64,000 nucleotides of DNA from Nocardia sp. (GTDB taxonomy: Bacteria; Actinomycetota; Actinomycetes; Mycobacteriales; Mycobacteriaceae): positions 61,642 to 125,641 of the forward strand of contig NZ_JAODNK010000049.1 in assembly GCF_025465275.1 (NCBI RefSeq), in the 5' to 3' direction. The stretch's first letter is position 1, and the number at the start of each line of letters is the position of its first letter. Position numbers and translations under genes: made by a program. Shown here in pieces: positions 50,340 through 63,134 of this stretch. Under the pieces are notes generated by a model, which was not told the DNA's origin, ran no database searches, and was given only the letters and a program-made list of their open reading frames with translations.

Positions 50340-51221
50340 TCAGTCACGCGAGTTCTGTTGCAGGAACACATGTGCCGCCTCGAATACCCCGCGCGGATCT
50401 TCGAGCTGGGGCCAGTGGCCGATTTCGGGGAGGCTGACGATATCGGGATTGGGCACGATTTCGCGGTAGCGGGCGGCCATATGCGCTCCCGAGTTCGGGT
50501 CGAGCGGGCCGTTGATCATGCGCATCGGCACGGTCTCGTGCACCAGGGGTTCGGCCCAGCGGTCGCGGAAGGTGACGCGCTCGTCGATGAAGCGCCCGAC
50601 CAGGTGTGAGACGAAGCGGCCGCGGTTGTAGAACAGGACCTCCAGCAGCACCCGCATCTCGTCATCGGTGGGTTTGGTGGCCGGGCCGAACATCTCCCGC
50701 ACCGACGCCTTGACCAGACCGTCGGTCATGAGCGGTCCCGCGACATTGCCCAGCGGCGAGGTCAGCAGCTTCTGCACCAGCCTGGGCCGGTAGGCCTCCG
50801 CGAACAGTCCGCCATTGAGGAACACCACCCCGTCGATGCCGGGCGCCTCCGAGCCGTCGACGCGGCGGGCCAGCAACTCCTGTGCCACGCTGACGCCGAG
50901 GTCGTGCGCGAGCAGCAGCGTGTGCGGCACCTCCAGATGCCGCAGCAGCGCATCGTGCCGGGAGGCGTGTTCGAGCACGCTGTATCGGTGCCGGATCGGC
51001 TTGTCGGAGAAGCCCATGCCGAGCATGTCCGGGGCGATCACGTCGTAGTGCGCGGTGAGATCGGGCCAGATGCGGTGCCAATCATAGGAGTTGAACGGGT
51101 AACCGTGGATGAGCAGCAGCGTGGGTCCGCTGCCCTCGCGAATGTAGAAGGTGCGGTGCCCGTCGTGCTCGAAGTACCGGCCGCGTGCCAGCCAATCCGT
51201 CAGTTCGGGTCTCATGGCCAT
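50340..51221 (-). CDS. Alpha/beta hydrolase (MEST/epoxide hydrolase-like)
   Basis: LLIHGYP, APDMLGMGFSDKP, LAHDLG nucleophile Asp, IGHWPQLE. Confidence 0.9.
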   Translation of the reverse strand: MAMRPELTDWLARGRYFEHDGHRTFYIREGSGPTLLLIHGYPFNSYDWHRIWPDLTAHYDVIAPDMLGMGFSDKPIRHRYSVLEHASRHDALLRHLEVPHTLLLAHDLGVSVAQELLARRVDGSEAPGIDGVVFLNGGLFAEAYRPRLVQKLLTSPLGNVAGPLMTDGLVKASVREMFGPATKPTDDEMRVLLEVLFYNRGRFVSHLVGRFIDERVTFRDRWAEPLVHETVPMRMINGPLDPNSGAHMAARYREIVPNPDIVSLPEIGHWPQLEDPRGVFEAAHVFLQQNSRD

Positions 51222-51392
51222 CTCCTACTGCTGCGGTCGAGGCAGGGTGTACTCCAAGAACGGACATATCGATCTTGCCTCATCCACCGCCTGTGAGCAG
51301 TCGCTCGGGTGATCGAGTAGCCTCCCGAAGCGAGTAGCCTCGACCGGTTTCGAGGTGGCCCGACCGCTCGCCGCTCCCCGACAGGAATTCGT

Positions 51393-52346
51393 ATGGCCAT
51401 CAGCTACCTGGAATCGATCGTCGTCGGCGCGCTCCAGGGGGTGAGCGAGCTGTTCCCGGTATCGAGTCTGGGGCACAGCATTCTGCTGCCCGCCCTGGTG
51501 GGCGGAAAGTGGGCCGACGACTTGAATATGTCGGCCAAGGATTCGCCGTATCTGGCATTGCTCGTCGCCATGCATGTCGCCACCGCCATCGCGCTGGTCG
51601 TCTTCTTCTGGCGTGACTGGGTGCGCATTCTCACCGGGCTGTGGGATGTCGCGCGGAGCCGGCAGATTCGTTCCCCCGAAGCACAATTGGGGGTGCTGCT
51701 GATCATTGCCACCATCCCGGTCGGCCTGGCCGGGCTGGTGCTGGAGAAGGCGGTGCGCAATTATCTCGGCACGCCGATACCCACCTCGGCGTTCCTCGCC
51801 CTCAATGGCGTGGTGCTGCTTTCGGCGGAACTGCTGCGCAAGCGGGAGAACCAGCGCAATCTTGTGCTCTCCAGCCCCACTGCCCGCACGGTGGATCTGT
51901 CCGCCGAGGACACCCTGGTGCTGCCCACGACCGATCCGGACCACGCCTCCGATGTGCGGCTGTCCCGGCTCAGCGTGAAGTCCGTGCTGATTATCGGATC
52001 CGCCCAGATCGCAGCGCTTTTCCCGGGCATCAGCCGCTCCGGCAGCACCATTGTCGCGGGCCTGTTCAAGGGCATGCGGCACGAGGATGCCGCGCGTTTC
52101 GCGTTCCTGCTGGCCACGCCGGTGATCCTGGCGGCAGGCGTGCTCAAGACGCCGGAGCTGTTCAAGCCCGAGAACCACGACATTCTGGGTCCCGCCCTGG
52201 CGGGCAGTGTGGTGGCCGGTCTGCTGGCCTACGTTTCGGTCAAGTTCCTGGTCAGCTACTTCGAGACCAAGACGCTGACGCCGTTCGCCATCTACTGCCT
52301 GGTGGTCGGCGTCGGCAGTCTCGCCTACTTCAGCATCAAGGGCTGA
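51393..52346 (+). CDS. uppP: Undecaprenyl-diphosphate phosphatase (BacA)
   Basis: GALQGVSELFPVSSLGH, MHVAT, ATIP, PGISRSGST, ARFAFLLATP. Confidence 0.93.
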   Translation: MAISYLESIVVGALQGVSELFPVSSLGHSILLPALVGGKWADDLNMSAKDSPYLALLVAMHVATAIALVVFFWRDWVRILTGLWDVARSRQIRSPEAQLGVLLIIATIPVGLAGLVLEKAVRNYLGTPIPTSAFLALNGVVLLSAELLRKRENQRNLVLSSPTARTVDLSAEDTLVLPTTDPDHASDVRLSRLSVKSVLIIGSAQIAALFPGISRSGSTIVAGLFKGMRHEDAARFAFLLATPVILAAGVLKTPELFKPENHDILGPALAGSVVAGLLAYVSVKFLVSYFETKTLTPFAIYCLVVGVGSLAYFSIKG

Positions 52347-52361
52347 ATCCGCTGCGTCAGT

Positions 52362-53231
52362 TCACCTGACGGGGATTGCCTCGGTGGCGATGCGTTCGAA
52401 GAGGGCGGGGTCGTTGTCGAAGGCGGTGCCGGGCTCCGGCCAGTGCACGATGAGTTCGGTGATGCCGAGTTCGGTGTAGTGGCCGGCGATTTCGGTGAAG
52501 GCGGCTACGGAGGCCAGTGGGTTTTCCGGGGTGAAGCCGGAGAGGTAGGTCCGTTCCATGGCGGACGCATCGCGGCCCGACTCGGCGCAGGTCTTCGCCA
52601 GCGCGCGCAGTTGGCTGTCGATCAGTGGCGCAACGGCTTTCGCATCATCGCCGAACGGGCAGGTGACCCAGCCGTCGCCGTGTTCGGCGGCCACGCGCAT
52701 GCCTCGCGGTCCGCTTGCGGCAATGGTGAACGGCACCCGTGGTTGCTGGCGGCAGCCCGGAATCATCCGAATGTCGTCGGCGGAGTAGTACTCGCCGCGA
52801 AAAGTGGTGCTGGGCTGGGTCAGCAATAGGTCCAGTAGAGTCACGAATTCCGCGAAGCGGCTCGACCTTTCGGAGGCCGGCCACGGTGTGTGGCCGAGCG
52901 CCGAGGCGTCGAGGCCGGAGCTGCCCGCGCCGATTCCCGCGGTGATCCGGCCGCCCGATATTTCGTCGAGCGTCATCAGGTCTTTGGCCAGCAGTGCGGG
53001 ATGCCGGAAGTTGGGCGAGGTGATCATCGTGCCGAGCCGGAGCTTTTCGGTAGCGGTGGCGGCTGCCGCCAGCGTCGGCACGGCCCCGTACCAGGGTCCG
53101 TCCGCAAAGCCTTCGAAGGCGAGATGGTCGTAGGTGTACGCGGCGTGGAAGCCGAGCTGCTCGGCGCGCCGCCAGACCTCGGCGGCTTCGCGCCACGGGT
53201 GGATCGGCAGAATCAAACAGCTGATCTTCAC
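52362..53231 (-). CDS. LLM-class flavin-dependent oxidoreductase
   Basis: Start GTG 53231 (MKISCLILP); YTYDH, RLGTMITSPNFRHPALLAK, GRITAGIGAG. This is the 3' part of the over-extended ORF-track entry. Confidence 0.88.
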   Translation of the reverse strand: MKISCLILPIHPWREAAEVWRRAEQLGFHAAYTYDHLAFEGFADGPWYGAVPTLAAAATATEKLRLGTMITSPNFRHPALLAKDLMTLDEISGGRITAGIGAGSSGLDASALGHTPWPASERSSRFAEFVTLLDLLLTQPSTTFRGEYYSADDIRMIPGCRQQPRVPFTIAASGPRGMRVAAEHGDGWVTCPFGDDAKAVAPLIDSQLRALAKTCAESGRDASAMERTYLSGFTPENPLASVAAFTEIAGHYTELGITELIVHWPEPGTAFDNDPALFERIATEAIPVR

Positions 53232-53492
53232 GATTGTTCCCTTCCACAGAGCCTGGGCCGGACATCCAGCATACGAGCGGCTTTCCGCGGCCCGGGCGAC
53301 AGTGTTCGCTTGTGTGTTGCTAGCGCAGGTATCCGGCATCCTGCACGGCGCGGGTGTGCCCCTCGCCGTGCGTCTGCACACGACGCACCGCGAGCCGTGA
53401 TCACCTTCACCGATTTTGGTCATGGTTCCAGGTTCGAGTCGTACCGTAGATACCGCAGAACAGCTTGTCGCGCTCGTCAGAATTTCGGTTGA

Positions 53493-55775
<2,283 letters not shown>

Positions 55776-55902
55776 GTCGCGGCTCGTCAGCTGCGGCGAG
55801 CCCGCCCTGACGCTGGTCCAGTCCTCCCATTGCCCCTGCGCCCGTTCTCCGGAAGTGTGAAGCCGGACAGTGGGCACAGGGGTACGGCGGAGGAGCGGGC
55901 GT

Positions 55903-56742
55903 ATGGCGGACAAGCGGGCTTTGGTCATCGGCGGCGGCGGTGTCGCCGGAATCGCCTGGGCGAACGGAATTGTCGCGGGCCTGGCCGAGAGCGGCGTCGA
56001 TGTGCGCGATGCCGACGTGCTGATCGGCACATCGGCCGGTTCCAATGTCACTGCGCAGGTCAGCAGCGGATTGACCCCGGAGAAGCTGTTTGCGCGCCAG
56101 GTCGATCCGGCTTTGCAGAGCAAAGAGCTGGTGCCGGAGGGCAATCCGATCGAGGGCATCTGGGAGAAGATTCTCGAAATTCAGGCGGAGACCGAGGGCA
56201 ATCCGGCCGAGGCGCGGCGACGGCTCTGCGCATTGGCCATGACCGTGCACTCGGTGCCCGTGGCGGCGCGCCGGGCGGTCATCGAATCCCGTCTGCCGGT
56301 GCACGAATGGCCGCGGCAGCCGCTGCTGATCACCGTGGTGAACGCGGAAACCGGTGAGCCGCGGACTTTCGACCGCGATTCGGGTGTCTCGCTGGTGGAT
56401 GCGGTGACCGCCAGCTCGGCCGTCCCGCTGGTCTGGCCCTGCCACATTATCGACGGGGTGCACTACACCGATGGCGGCGTGCGCACCTCCGTGAATGCGG
56501 ACCTGGCGGTCGGCTACGAGCGTGTGCTGGTCATCGCGCCGCTCCCGGACGAGGAGCTGGAACAGCAGATCGCGACCCTCACCGAGAAGGGCGCGCGGGT
56601 CGAGGTGATCAGTCCCGACGAGGCCTCGTTCACGGCATTCGGGGCCAACCCCTTGGACACCGTCTCGCGCGTTCCGTCCGCGAATGCCGGACGCGACCAA
56701 GGTAAGTCGGTGGCAGCCCAGGTCGCGACCCTCTGGAGCTGA
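55903..56742 (+). CDS. Patatin-like phospholipase
   Basis: GGGGVAG, GTSAG, DGG motifs. Confidence 0.92.
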   Translation: MADKRALVIGGGGVAGIAWANGIVAGLAESGVDVRDADVLIGTSAGSNVTAQVSSGLTPEKLFARQVDPALQSKELVPEGNPIEGIWEKILEIQAETEGNPAEARRRLCALAMTVHSVPVAARRAVIESRLPVHEWPRQPLLITVVNAETGEPRTFDRDSGVSLVDAVTASSAVPLVWPCHIIDGVHYTDGGVRTSVNADLAVGYERVLVIAPLPDEELEQQIATLTEKGARVEVISPDEASFTAFGANPLDTVSRVPSANAGRDQGKSVAAQVATLWS

Positions 56743-56746
56743 CGGC

Positions 56747-58675
56747 CTATTTTCCCGGCCGGAGATCGAAGGTGCTGGAGCCTTCCGCCCCGGCCGGGAT
56801 GATGGGCAGCCGCACCGACGACGGATGCGCGGCGTCCTTGTAGATGGTCTGGGTGGCGGGCTGGGTGCGGGCATTGTCCCCGAAGCGGTCGCCGGTATTG
56901 GGATTCGGCGCGTACTGCGGATAGTCGCTGCTGGTGACGGCAATGCGAATGCGGTCTCCGGCCTTGAATTGATAACTGGTGGGCCAGATCTTGATGGTGA
57001 ACTGATACGGCCTTCCCGGGACCAGCAGGCTGGGATCCGAGAGCGAGTCGCGGAATGCGGCGCGCAGGATGCCATTGTTCAGATTGACCGAAGTGCCGTC
57101 GGGGGAGACGACTTCCAGGCGCGCCACAAAATCGGTATCGGGTGCGGTGGAGGACGCCCACAGTTTCACCGTGACGGGCCCGGTCACCTCGGTATCGGCG
57201 CTGAGCGGATCGGTGTCGTAGGTCAGGACATCCGAACGTTGTTCCACCGCACCCTGTTCGAACGGGCCCTGCGGTCCCGACGATGCGCCACAACAGGAAT
57301 GGCCGCCGCTGCTGGGCGCCGGATCGGCGGGGTCGTAGACGTAGCGATCCGGATCCGCGGCACCGCCCGGAGCATGTGTGGTCAGTTTGCCCATGCGGCC
57401 GATGATCCCGTTCGCGCCGCTGCCCGAGAGGTAGTAATCCTGCCACTGTGTTTGCGGCAGTGGCCAATTCGTCGCCGACTTCCAGCGGTTCGCGCCCATC
57501 AGGAAATAGTCGACGCGGGGACTGCCCGATACGCCATTGCTCTTGCCCTTCAGGAACTGGTCGAACCAGGCGAGCATCAAATCATTGATCGGACTGTTCG
57601 CCACCGCGCCGATCTGCTTCAACCGGGGCGCGAACGGGGAGTCGGGCCGACCCCAGCCGACGTGATCCCACGGCCCGATCACCAAGCGCTGGTTTTGTTT
57701 CGCCTCCGGCGTACCGCCCTGCGCGACCATCCCGGCGAAATTCTCGGTCCCGCCGGCGAGGAAGGCGTCGTACCAGCCCTCGACATCGAGAACCGGAATC
57801 TGCACCTGCGGGTAGTGCTCCCGAATGCTCCACTGCTTCCAGTAGTCGTCGCGGGCCGAGTGCCGGATCCAGTCGAAGAACCAGGGCGCGACGGCCGGAT
57901 TGCCCGGCTGCATCGGCGGAAAGTCCTTGTACGGCTGGAATTTCATCCAGGACGTGAAATTCGAGACGGCATCGGTCAGCTCCTTGACAGTGGGACCGTC
58001 ATTACGACGCTGCGCCGACTCGGTGCCGATGGTGCCCATCGCCCACGGCTCGACGAAGGCCAGCCGGAAGGCACCGCCCTCATAGGTCCAGCCGTCGTAG
58101 TAATCGGAGGCGGTATTGGCGGGCACGATCGTTGTCAGATGCGGGGGAGCGCCCACCGCGGCCAGCCACTGCGTCGCGCCGACGTACGACGAGCCGTACA
58201 TGCCGACCTTGCCGCTGGAACCGGGCAGTGCCGCAGCCCATTCCACGGAGTCGTAACCGTCCTGGATGTCATTGCCGAACTCGGAGAAGACGCCGTCCGA
58301 CCTACCGAGCCCCCGGACATCCTGGATGACCACCAGATAGCAGTGCGACGCGAACCAATCCGGTGTCTGATAGCGCGACGGCTGGATCTGCGGAGCCGAT
58401 TTGCCGTACTGGGTCCGCATGAGAATCACTGGAACGGGATCAGTTGTCTTGGGGCGGTACACATCCGACCGCAGCACCGTGCCGTCCCGCATGGTCGCGG
58501 GCACATCCGTCTGCTTGTCGACCGCGCAGTCCCCGCGCCCGTCGGACGGTGGCCATGCCGTGGCCGACGTCTTGGTGTCGGTGCCAGTTGTGCAGGCGCC
58601 CACCAGGATGGCTACCCCGAGCGCCGCGGTGAGCAGCCGGGCGACTCGCATGACGTGATCCGACATTCCGTACAC
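56747..58675 (-). CDS. CocE/NonD-family hydrolase, probable lipoprotein
   Basis: LVGAC lipobox, MRDGTVLRSDVYRP, RTQYGK, QDVRG, GMYGSSYVG, GWYD, GPWDH. Confidence 0.9.
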   Translation of the reverse strand: MYGMSDHVMRVARLLTAALGVAILVGACTTGTDTKTSATAWPPSDGRGDCAVDKQTDVPATMRDGTVLRSDVYRPKTTDPVPVILMRTQYGKSAPQIQPSRYQTPDWFASHCYLVVIQDVRGLGRSDGVFSEFGNDIQDGYDSVEWAAALPGSSGKVGMYGSSYVGATQWLAAVGAPPHLTTIVPANTASDYYDGWTYEGGAFRLAFVEPWAMGTIGTESAQRRNDGPTVKELTDAVSNFTSWMKFQPYKDFPPMQPGNPAVAPWFFDWIRHSARDDYWKQWSIREHYPQVQIPVLDVEGWYDAFLAGGTENFAGMVAQGGTPEAKQNQRLVIGPWDHVGWGRPDSPFAPRLKQIGAVANSPINDLMLAWFDQFLKGKSNGVSGSPRVDYFLMGANRWKSATNWPLPQTQWQDYYLSGSGANGIIGRMGKLTTHAPGGAADPDRYVYDPADPAPSSGGHSCCGASSGPQGPFEQGAVEQRSDVLTYDTDPLSADTEVTGPVTVKLWASSTAPDTDFVARLEVVSPDGTSVNLNNGILRAAFRDSLSDPSLLVPGRPYQFTIKIWPTSYQFKAGDRIRIAVTSSDYPQYAPNPNTGDRFGDNARTQPATQTIYKDAAHPSSVRLPIIPAGAEGSSTFDLRPGK

Positions 58676-58843
58676 CTCGCTGTGCGGGGGCAGGGTGGCT
58701 GAGCCAGCTTAATCCGTAGCCCCGCCGAAGATCGGCAACTACCGTAATATTCACTGTAGATGTCGGTTGTAGGTCTACAGTGTTGACATGGGCGCGGCAG
58801 CGGCGTGTACTGGAGGGATCAATAGAGAAACTAGGTATCACTC

Positions 58844-58999
58844 ATGATCGTTCTCGGATTGGTCCTGCTCGTTGTGGGATTTCTCTTGGGCTTCCACCTC
58901 CTGGTCACACTCGGGATCATCTTGCTGATCATCGGCGCAGTGCTGATGGTCGCGGGCCGGACCGGGCACGCCGTCGGCGGCCGCAGCCACTACTACTGA
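58844..58999 (+). CDS. Small two-TM protein (DUF6131-like, 51 aa)
   Basis: Hand translation MIVLGLVLLVVGFLLGFHLLVTLGIILLIIGAVLMVAGRTGHAVGGRSHYY. Confidence 0.8.
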   Translation: MIVLGLVLLVVGFLLGFHLLVTLGIILLIIGAVLMVAGRTGHAVGGRSHYY

Positions 59000-59040
59000 T
59001 CGATAGCGACACGGGCGTAAAGCACCACTGAGGAGTCTCG

Positions 59041-59148
59041 ATGATCGTCATCATCGCCCTGAGCGTCGGAATCGCCATCGGCGCAATCGGAATGGCGGTT
59101 ATGAACCGCCATCCGCACTCCGGGGGCACCGCGGCGGGCCGCGACCTG
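59041..59148 (+). CDS. Putative 35-aa single-TM small protein
   Basis: GAGGAG RBS; MIVIIALSVGIAIGAIGMAVMNRHPHSGAPRRAAT. Confidence 0.5.
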
Positions 59149-59239
59149 AATGAAAATGCCGGCGGCTCCAGGCATATCCGCACCCACCCGAGCTGGCGGG
59201 ACCGACTCGAGTGACCAGCGCAGGAAAGGGACTGCCACG

Positions 59240-59413
59240 ATGAGCATCGGAGGGGCGATCGCCCACAGGGCCAAGATCACCCGCGGCACGATCAAGCAGT
59301 TCGTGGGCCGCGCCATCGGCGACACCCAACTGCGGAATCAGGGCCGTCTCGACCGTGCCACCGGCAATGCCGCGCGCGCGGTCGACAAACTCGGCAACGC
59401 TCTCAAGCCCTGA
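59240..59413 (+). CDS. csbD: CsbD-family stress protein
   Basis: GAAAGG RBS; AK..RG.IKQFVGRAIGD.QLRNQG..D...GN pattern. Confidence 0.75.
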   Translation: MSIGGAIAHRAKITRGTIKQFVGRAIGDTQLRNQGRLDRATGNAARAVDKLGNALKP

Positions 59414-59453
59414 CCTCCGCGCGCGGTCGCGCGGAACAGGCAATAGTGGTCAT

Positions 59454-60764
59454 ATGGGCAACAACGCAACAGTCGCGGCCGCGTTCGAACCTCTCCTGCA
59501 GGCCGCCTTCGGGTCACAGCCGCCGCTACGGTTCGAGTTCTGGGACGGCAGCGCGGTGCAACCTGCCGGTGAATCTCCCGGCACTATGCGCATCAATTCG
59601 AAAGACGCACTAGGACATATGGTTTGGGCGCCCGGCGAGCTAGGCCTGGGCCGCGCTTTCGTGTCCGGCAGTGTCGACCTCGACGGTGATATCTTCAAGA
59701 TTCTTCGTGCCCTGCAGACCGCGGTGCCGGACAGCGCCCGGCTGGGCCTCGGCGGTGCGGTCAAGGCCGCCGGTGCGGCGCGGCAACTCGGCGCACTGAG
59801 TCATCGTCCGAAGCCGCCGCCCGAGGAAGCACCGCCTCCGCGGGGCTGGCTGCACACGCGCGGGCGTGATGCGGCGGCCATCAGCCACCACTACGACGTC
59901 GGCAATGATTTCTACAGCCTGGTGCTCGGGCCGAGCATGACCTACTCGTGCGCACGCTTCGTCGCCGCGGACGACGACGGCCGCCGGCTTGCCGATGCCA
60001 CCGTCTCGCTGGAAGACGCGCAGGCCGCGAAACACGATCTGATCTGCCGCAAGCTGGGCCTGACCGAGCGCCGCGGCATGCGCCTGCTGGATGTCGGCTG
60101 CGGCTGGGGTTCCATGGCCATGCACGCGGCCGAGGTCTACGGCGCGCAGGTCGTGGGTGTCACGATCAGCAAGGAGCAGGCCGAATCCGCTCGCAAGCGC
60201 GTCGCCGACGCCGGCCTCTCCGACAATGTCGAAATCCGCCTCTCCGACTACCGCGACCTGCGTGGCGAGGAATTCGACGCCATCTCCTCGATCGGCATGT
60301 TCGAACACGTCGGCGCGAATCGAATGGCCGCGTACTTCGAAACCCTGCGCGCACTGCTCCATCCCGAAGGCCGCCTGCTCAACCATGCGATCTCGTCCAA
60401 GGGCGGATCCAAGATCACCGCACGTTCCTTCATCGGCCGCTACGTCTTCCCCGACGGCGAACTGCTCGACGTCGGCGATGTCACCCTGGCCATGGAACGT
60501 GCCGGCTTCGAAGTCCGTGACGTGGAAGCCCTCCGCGAGCACTACGCCCTCACCCTTCGTCAATGGGTCGCCAACCTCGAAAATGCCTGGGGCGAAGCAG
60601 TTTCCCTCGCAGGCGAAGGCCGTGCCCGCATCTGGCGCATCTACATGGCCGCCTCCGCCCTCGGCTTCGAAGACGGCGGCATCGGACTCCATCAGGTCCT
60701 CGGCGTAGTCCCCGACTCCCGAGGCGGCACGGGTATGCCCGGCACCCGGCGTGCCTGGGCCTGA
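59454..60764 (+). CDS. Cyclopropane-fatty-acyl-phospholipid synthase family SAM methyltransferase
   Basis: ISHHYDVGNDFY, MTYSCA, LLDVGCGWG, TISKEQ, SIGMFEHVG, YVFPDGEL. Confidence 0.92.
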   Translation: MGNNATVAAAFEPLLQAAFGSQPPLRFEFWDGSAVQPAGESPGTMRINSKDALGHMVWAPGELGLGRAFVSGSVDLDGDIFKILRALQTAVPDSARLGLGGAVKAAGAARQLGALSHRPKPPPEEAPPPRGWLHTRGRDAAAISHHYDVGNDFYSLVLGPSMTYSCARFVAADDDGRRLADATVSLEDAQAAKHDLICRKLGLTERRGMRLLDVGCGWGSMAMHAAEVYGAQVVGVTISKEQAESARKRVADAGLSDNVEIRLSDYRDLRGEEFDAISSIGMFEHVGANRMAAYFETLRALLHPEGRLLNHAISSKGGSKITARSFIGRYVFPDGELLDVGDVTLAMERAGFEVRDVEALREHYALTLRQWVANLENAWGEAVSLAGEGRARIWRIYMAASALGFEDGGIGLHQVLGVVPDSRGGTGMPGTRRAWA

Positions 60765-60788
60765 CTCGACCCCGTTCTAGGAGAACGT

Positions 60789-60834
60789 AATTGGGCCCGG
60801 CAGCTGCCGGGCCCAATTCGTGAGCGAACCCGCT
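60789..60834. repeat. 30-bp perfect palindrome plus GTGAGCGAACC tail (dispersed element copy 2)
   Basis: aattgggcccggcag|ctgccgggcccaatt-cgtgagcgaacccgct. Confidence 0.8.
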
Positions 60835-61022
60835 GCGGCGTATTCGACCATGATGGGCCGACCGGCCCAGGTCGGGCGGCCGTTGACATCCTCACCAGAT
60901 CGAAATACCGTCGGTATTCGAATGCTGACGGTATCAAGGTGGAGGATGTGCGGCATGAGGGATCCATGGGCCGGGGCGGAACAGGCCCGCCGCCGCGGCG
61001 CCGAGATGGCGGAGGGTCGTCG

Positions 61023-62489
61023 ATGACCGCGCCTCGTCAACCTCGGGTCGTGATCATCGGCGCCGGTGTTTCCGGTATCGCCAGTGCGATTACGCTGCAG
61101 CGCAATGGCTTCCACGATTTCGTGATTCTGGAGAAGGGTTCCGATGTCGGCGGGGTCTGGCATTGGAACCGCTATCCGGGGCTGACCTGCGATGTGCCTT
61201 CGCAGGTGTACCAGTTCGGATTCGCGCCGAAGCCGGACTGGTCGCATGTGTTCGCACCCGGCCCGGAGATCCAGCGCTACCTTGCCGATATTGTCGACCA
61301 GTTCGCCCTGCGCCCGCACCTGCGGGTCGACGCGGAGGTGGTCGCGGCGGAGTTCACCGGCTCCGGCTGGCGGGTCGAGACCGGCGACGGGGAAACCTAC
61401 GACGCCGACTTCGTGATCGCCGCCACCGGGGTCCTGCATCATCCGGCCTGGCCCGATATCGCGGGACTGGACGGATTCACCGGCGATGTACTGCACACCG
61501 CCCGCTGGGACGATGCCGTGCCGACCGCCGGACGCCGGATCGCCGTGATCGGCACCGGATCGACCGGGGTGCAGGTGGTTTCGGCATTGCAGCCGCAGGC
61601 GCAGCAGATCACGCATTTCGTGCGCAGCCCGCAGTGGGTGATCTGGGCCCCGATGCAACTGCCGCAACCGGCGTTCGTCGGCGCCGTGCTGGACCGGCTA
61701 CCGGCCCTCAACCGCGCGCTCTACCAGGCCGGGATGACGGGTGCGAAGTTGTTCACCGATATTGTCACCCGGCCGAGCTGGCGGCGGCGTGCCGTCCAGC
61801 AGTACGCGCGATTGAGTCTGCGCGCCCAGGTCGACGACCCGGAACTGCGCGAGCAACTCACCCCCGACTACCAGCCGCTGTGCAAGCGACAGGTGTTGTC
61901 CGGCAGCTACTATCGCGCGCTGCGCGCCGGCAATGCCGAACTTGTCACCACCGGCATCGAGTCGATCACCCCGACGGGCATCCGCACCTCCGACGGCCGC
62001 CACCACGAGGTCGACACGATCGTCTTCGCCACCGGTTTCCGCGCGCACGACTACATGCGCCCGATGAAATTGACCGGCCGAGAAGGAATCTCGATCGACG
62101 AGGCCTGGGCTAAGGGCCCCCGCGCCTACCGAATGACCGCAATCCCCGGTTTCCCCAACCTCTTCACCGTCCTGGGCCCCAACTCACCCACCGGCTCCAT
62201 CCCCCTGCACCACGCCGCCGAGGTCACCGCCCGCTACATCACCTCCTGGATCAACCGTTGGAGCACAGGCGAATTCGACACCGTAGAGGTCACCGAAGCA
62301 GCTACCGACCGCTTCGGCGCCCACGTGGCCGAAGCCCTCGGCCCCACGGTCTGGAACACCGGCTGCAACTCCTGGTACTTCACCGAAGGCGGTCATATAG
62401 ACCTCCTCCCCTTCGATCGCCACACTATGGAAACCATGCTCACCGACCCCGACCCCGATGACTTCCACCTGACCACGCAGGGAACGTAG
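61023..62489 (+). CDS. Flavin-containing / Baeyer-Villiger monooxygenase
   Basis: GAGVSG, GGVWHWNRYPG, FTGDVLHTARWD (FxGxxxHxxxW), GTGSTG, ATGF. Confidence 0.92.
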   Translation: MTAPRQPRVVIIGAGVSGIASAITLQRNGFHDFVILEKGSDVGGVWHWNRYPGLTCDVPSQVYQFGFAPKPDWSHVFAPGPEIQRYLADIVDQFALRPHLRVDAEVVAAEFTGSGWRVETGDGETYDADFVIAATGVLHHPAWPDIAGLDGFTGDVLHTARWDDAVPTAGRRIAVIGTGSTGVQVVSALQPQAQQITHFVRSPQWVIWAPMQLPQPAFVGAVLDRLPALNRALYQAGMTGAKLFTDIVTRPSWRRRAVQQYARLSLRAQVDDPELREQLTPDYQPLCKRQVLSGSYYRALRAGNAELVTTGIESITPTGIRTSDGRHHEVDTIVFATGFRAHDYMRPMKLTGREGISIDEAWAKGPRAYRMTAIPGFPNLFTVLGPNSPTGSIPLHHAAEVTARYITSWINRWSTGEFDTVEVTEAATDRFGAHVAEALGPTVWNTGCNSWYFTEGGHIDLLPFDRHTMETMLTDPDPDDFHLTTQGT

Positions 62490-62539
62490 CCGCCATATAC
62501 ATTTGCTCGTTCAGTTTTCCTCTGCGAAAGGGTTACGCC

Positions 62540-63025
62540 ATGTCGATCACTGCCAACAAGGTTGTCTCCATCGACTACACCCTGACCGACGACGACGGCG
62601 AGGTCATCGACACCTCGACCGGCGCCGAACCGCTCGAGTACCTGCACGGTGCGGACAATATCGTCCCCGGGCTGGAAGGCGCGCTGGAGGGCAAGGCCGT
62701 CGGTGACGAGCTGAAGGTCGTCATCGAGCCGGAGGACGGCTACGGCGAATACGAGGCCGAACTGATCAGCATCGTGAGCCGCAGCGATATCGAAGGCATC
62801 GACGAGCTCGAGGTCGGTATGGAACTGCAGGCCGAGACCCCCGACGGCGACGTCCAGATCATCACCATCCGCGAGCTGGACGGCGATGAGGTGACCGTCG
62901 ACGCCAATCACCCGCTGGCCGGTCAGCGCCTGACCTTCCAGGTCCGCGTCGTCGAGGTCCGTGACGCCACCGCGGACGAGCTCGCCCACGGCCACCCGCA
63001 CGGCGACGACGACCACGAGCACTGA
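62540..63025 (+). CDS. slyD: FKBP-type peptidyl-prolyl isomerase SlyD
   Basis: VVSIDYTL, PLEYLHG, PGLEGAL, DGYGE, VDANHPLAG, His-rich tail. Confidence 0.94.
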   Translation: MSITANKVVSIDYTLTDDDGEVIDTSTGAEPLEYLHGADNIVPGLEGALEGKAVGDELKVVIEPEDGYGEYEAELISIVSRSDIEGIDELEVGMELQAETPDGDVQIITIRELDGDEVTVDANHPLAGQRLTFQVRVVEVRDATADELAHGHPHGDDDHEH

Positions 63026-63100
63026 TTCTCCGGTCGGCCGGAATTGGGCCCGGCAAATTCCGGGCACAATTTATAGTAGAAACTTCGAATGGTCCGGGCG

Positions 63101-63134
63101 CGGTATGTTTTATGCTAAATAATGAAACATACCG
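63101..63134. promoter_or_regulatory. Inverted repeat in AT-rich promoter region
   Basis: cggtatgttt-N14-aaacataccg. Confidence 0.5.

Noticed and set aside
51314-51341. cgagtagcctc direct repeat (17-bp period) upstream of uppP
   Set aside because: There are only two short copies and no supporting context; it is too weak to call a regulatory site.
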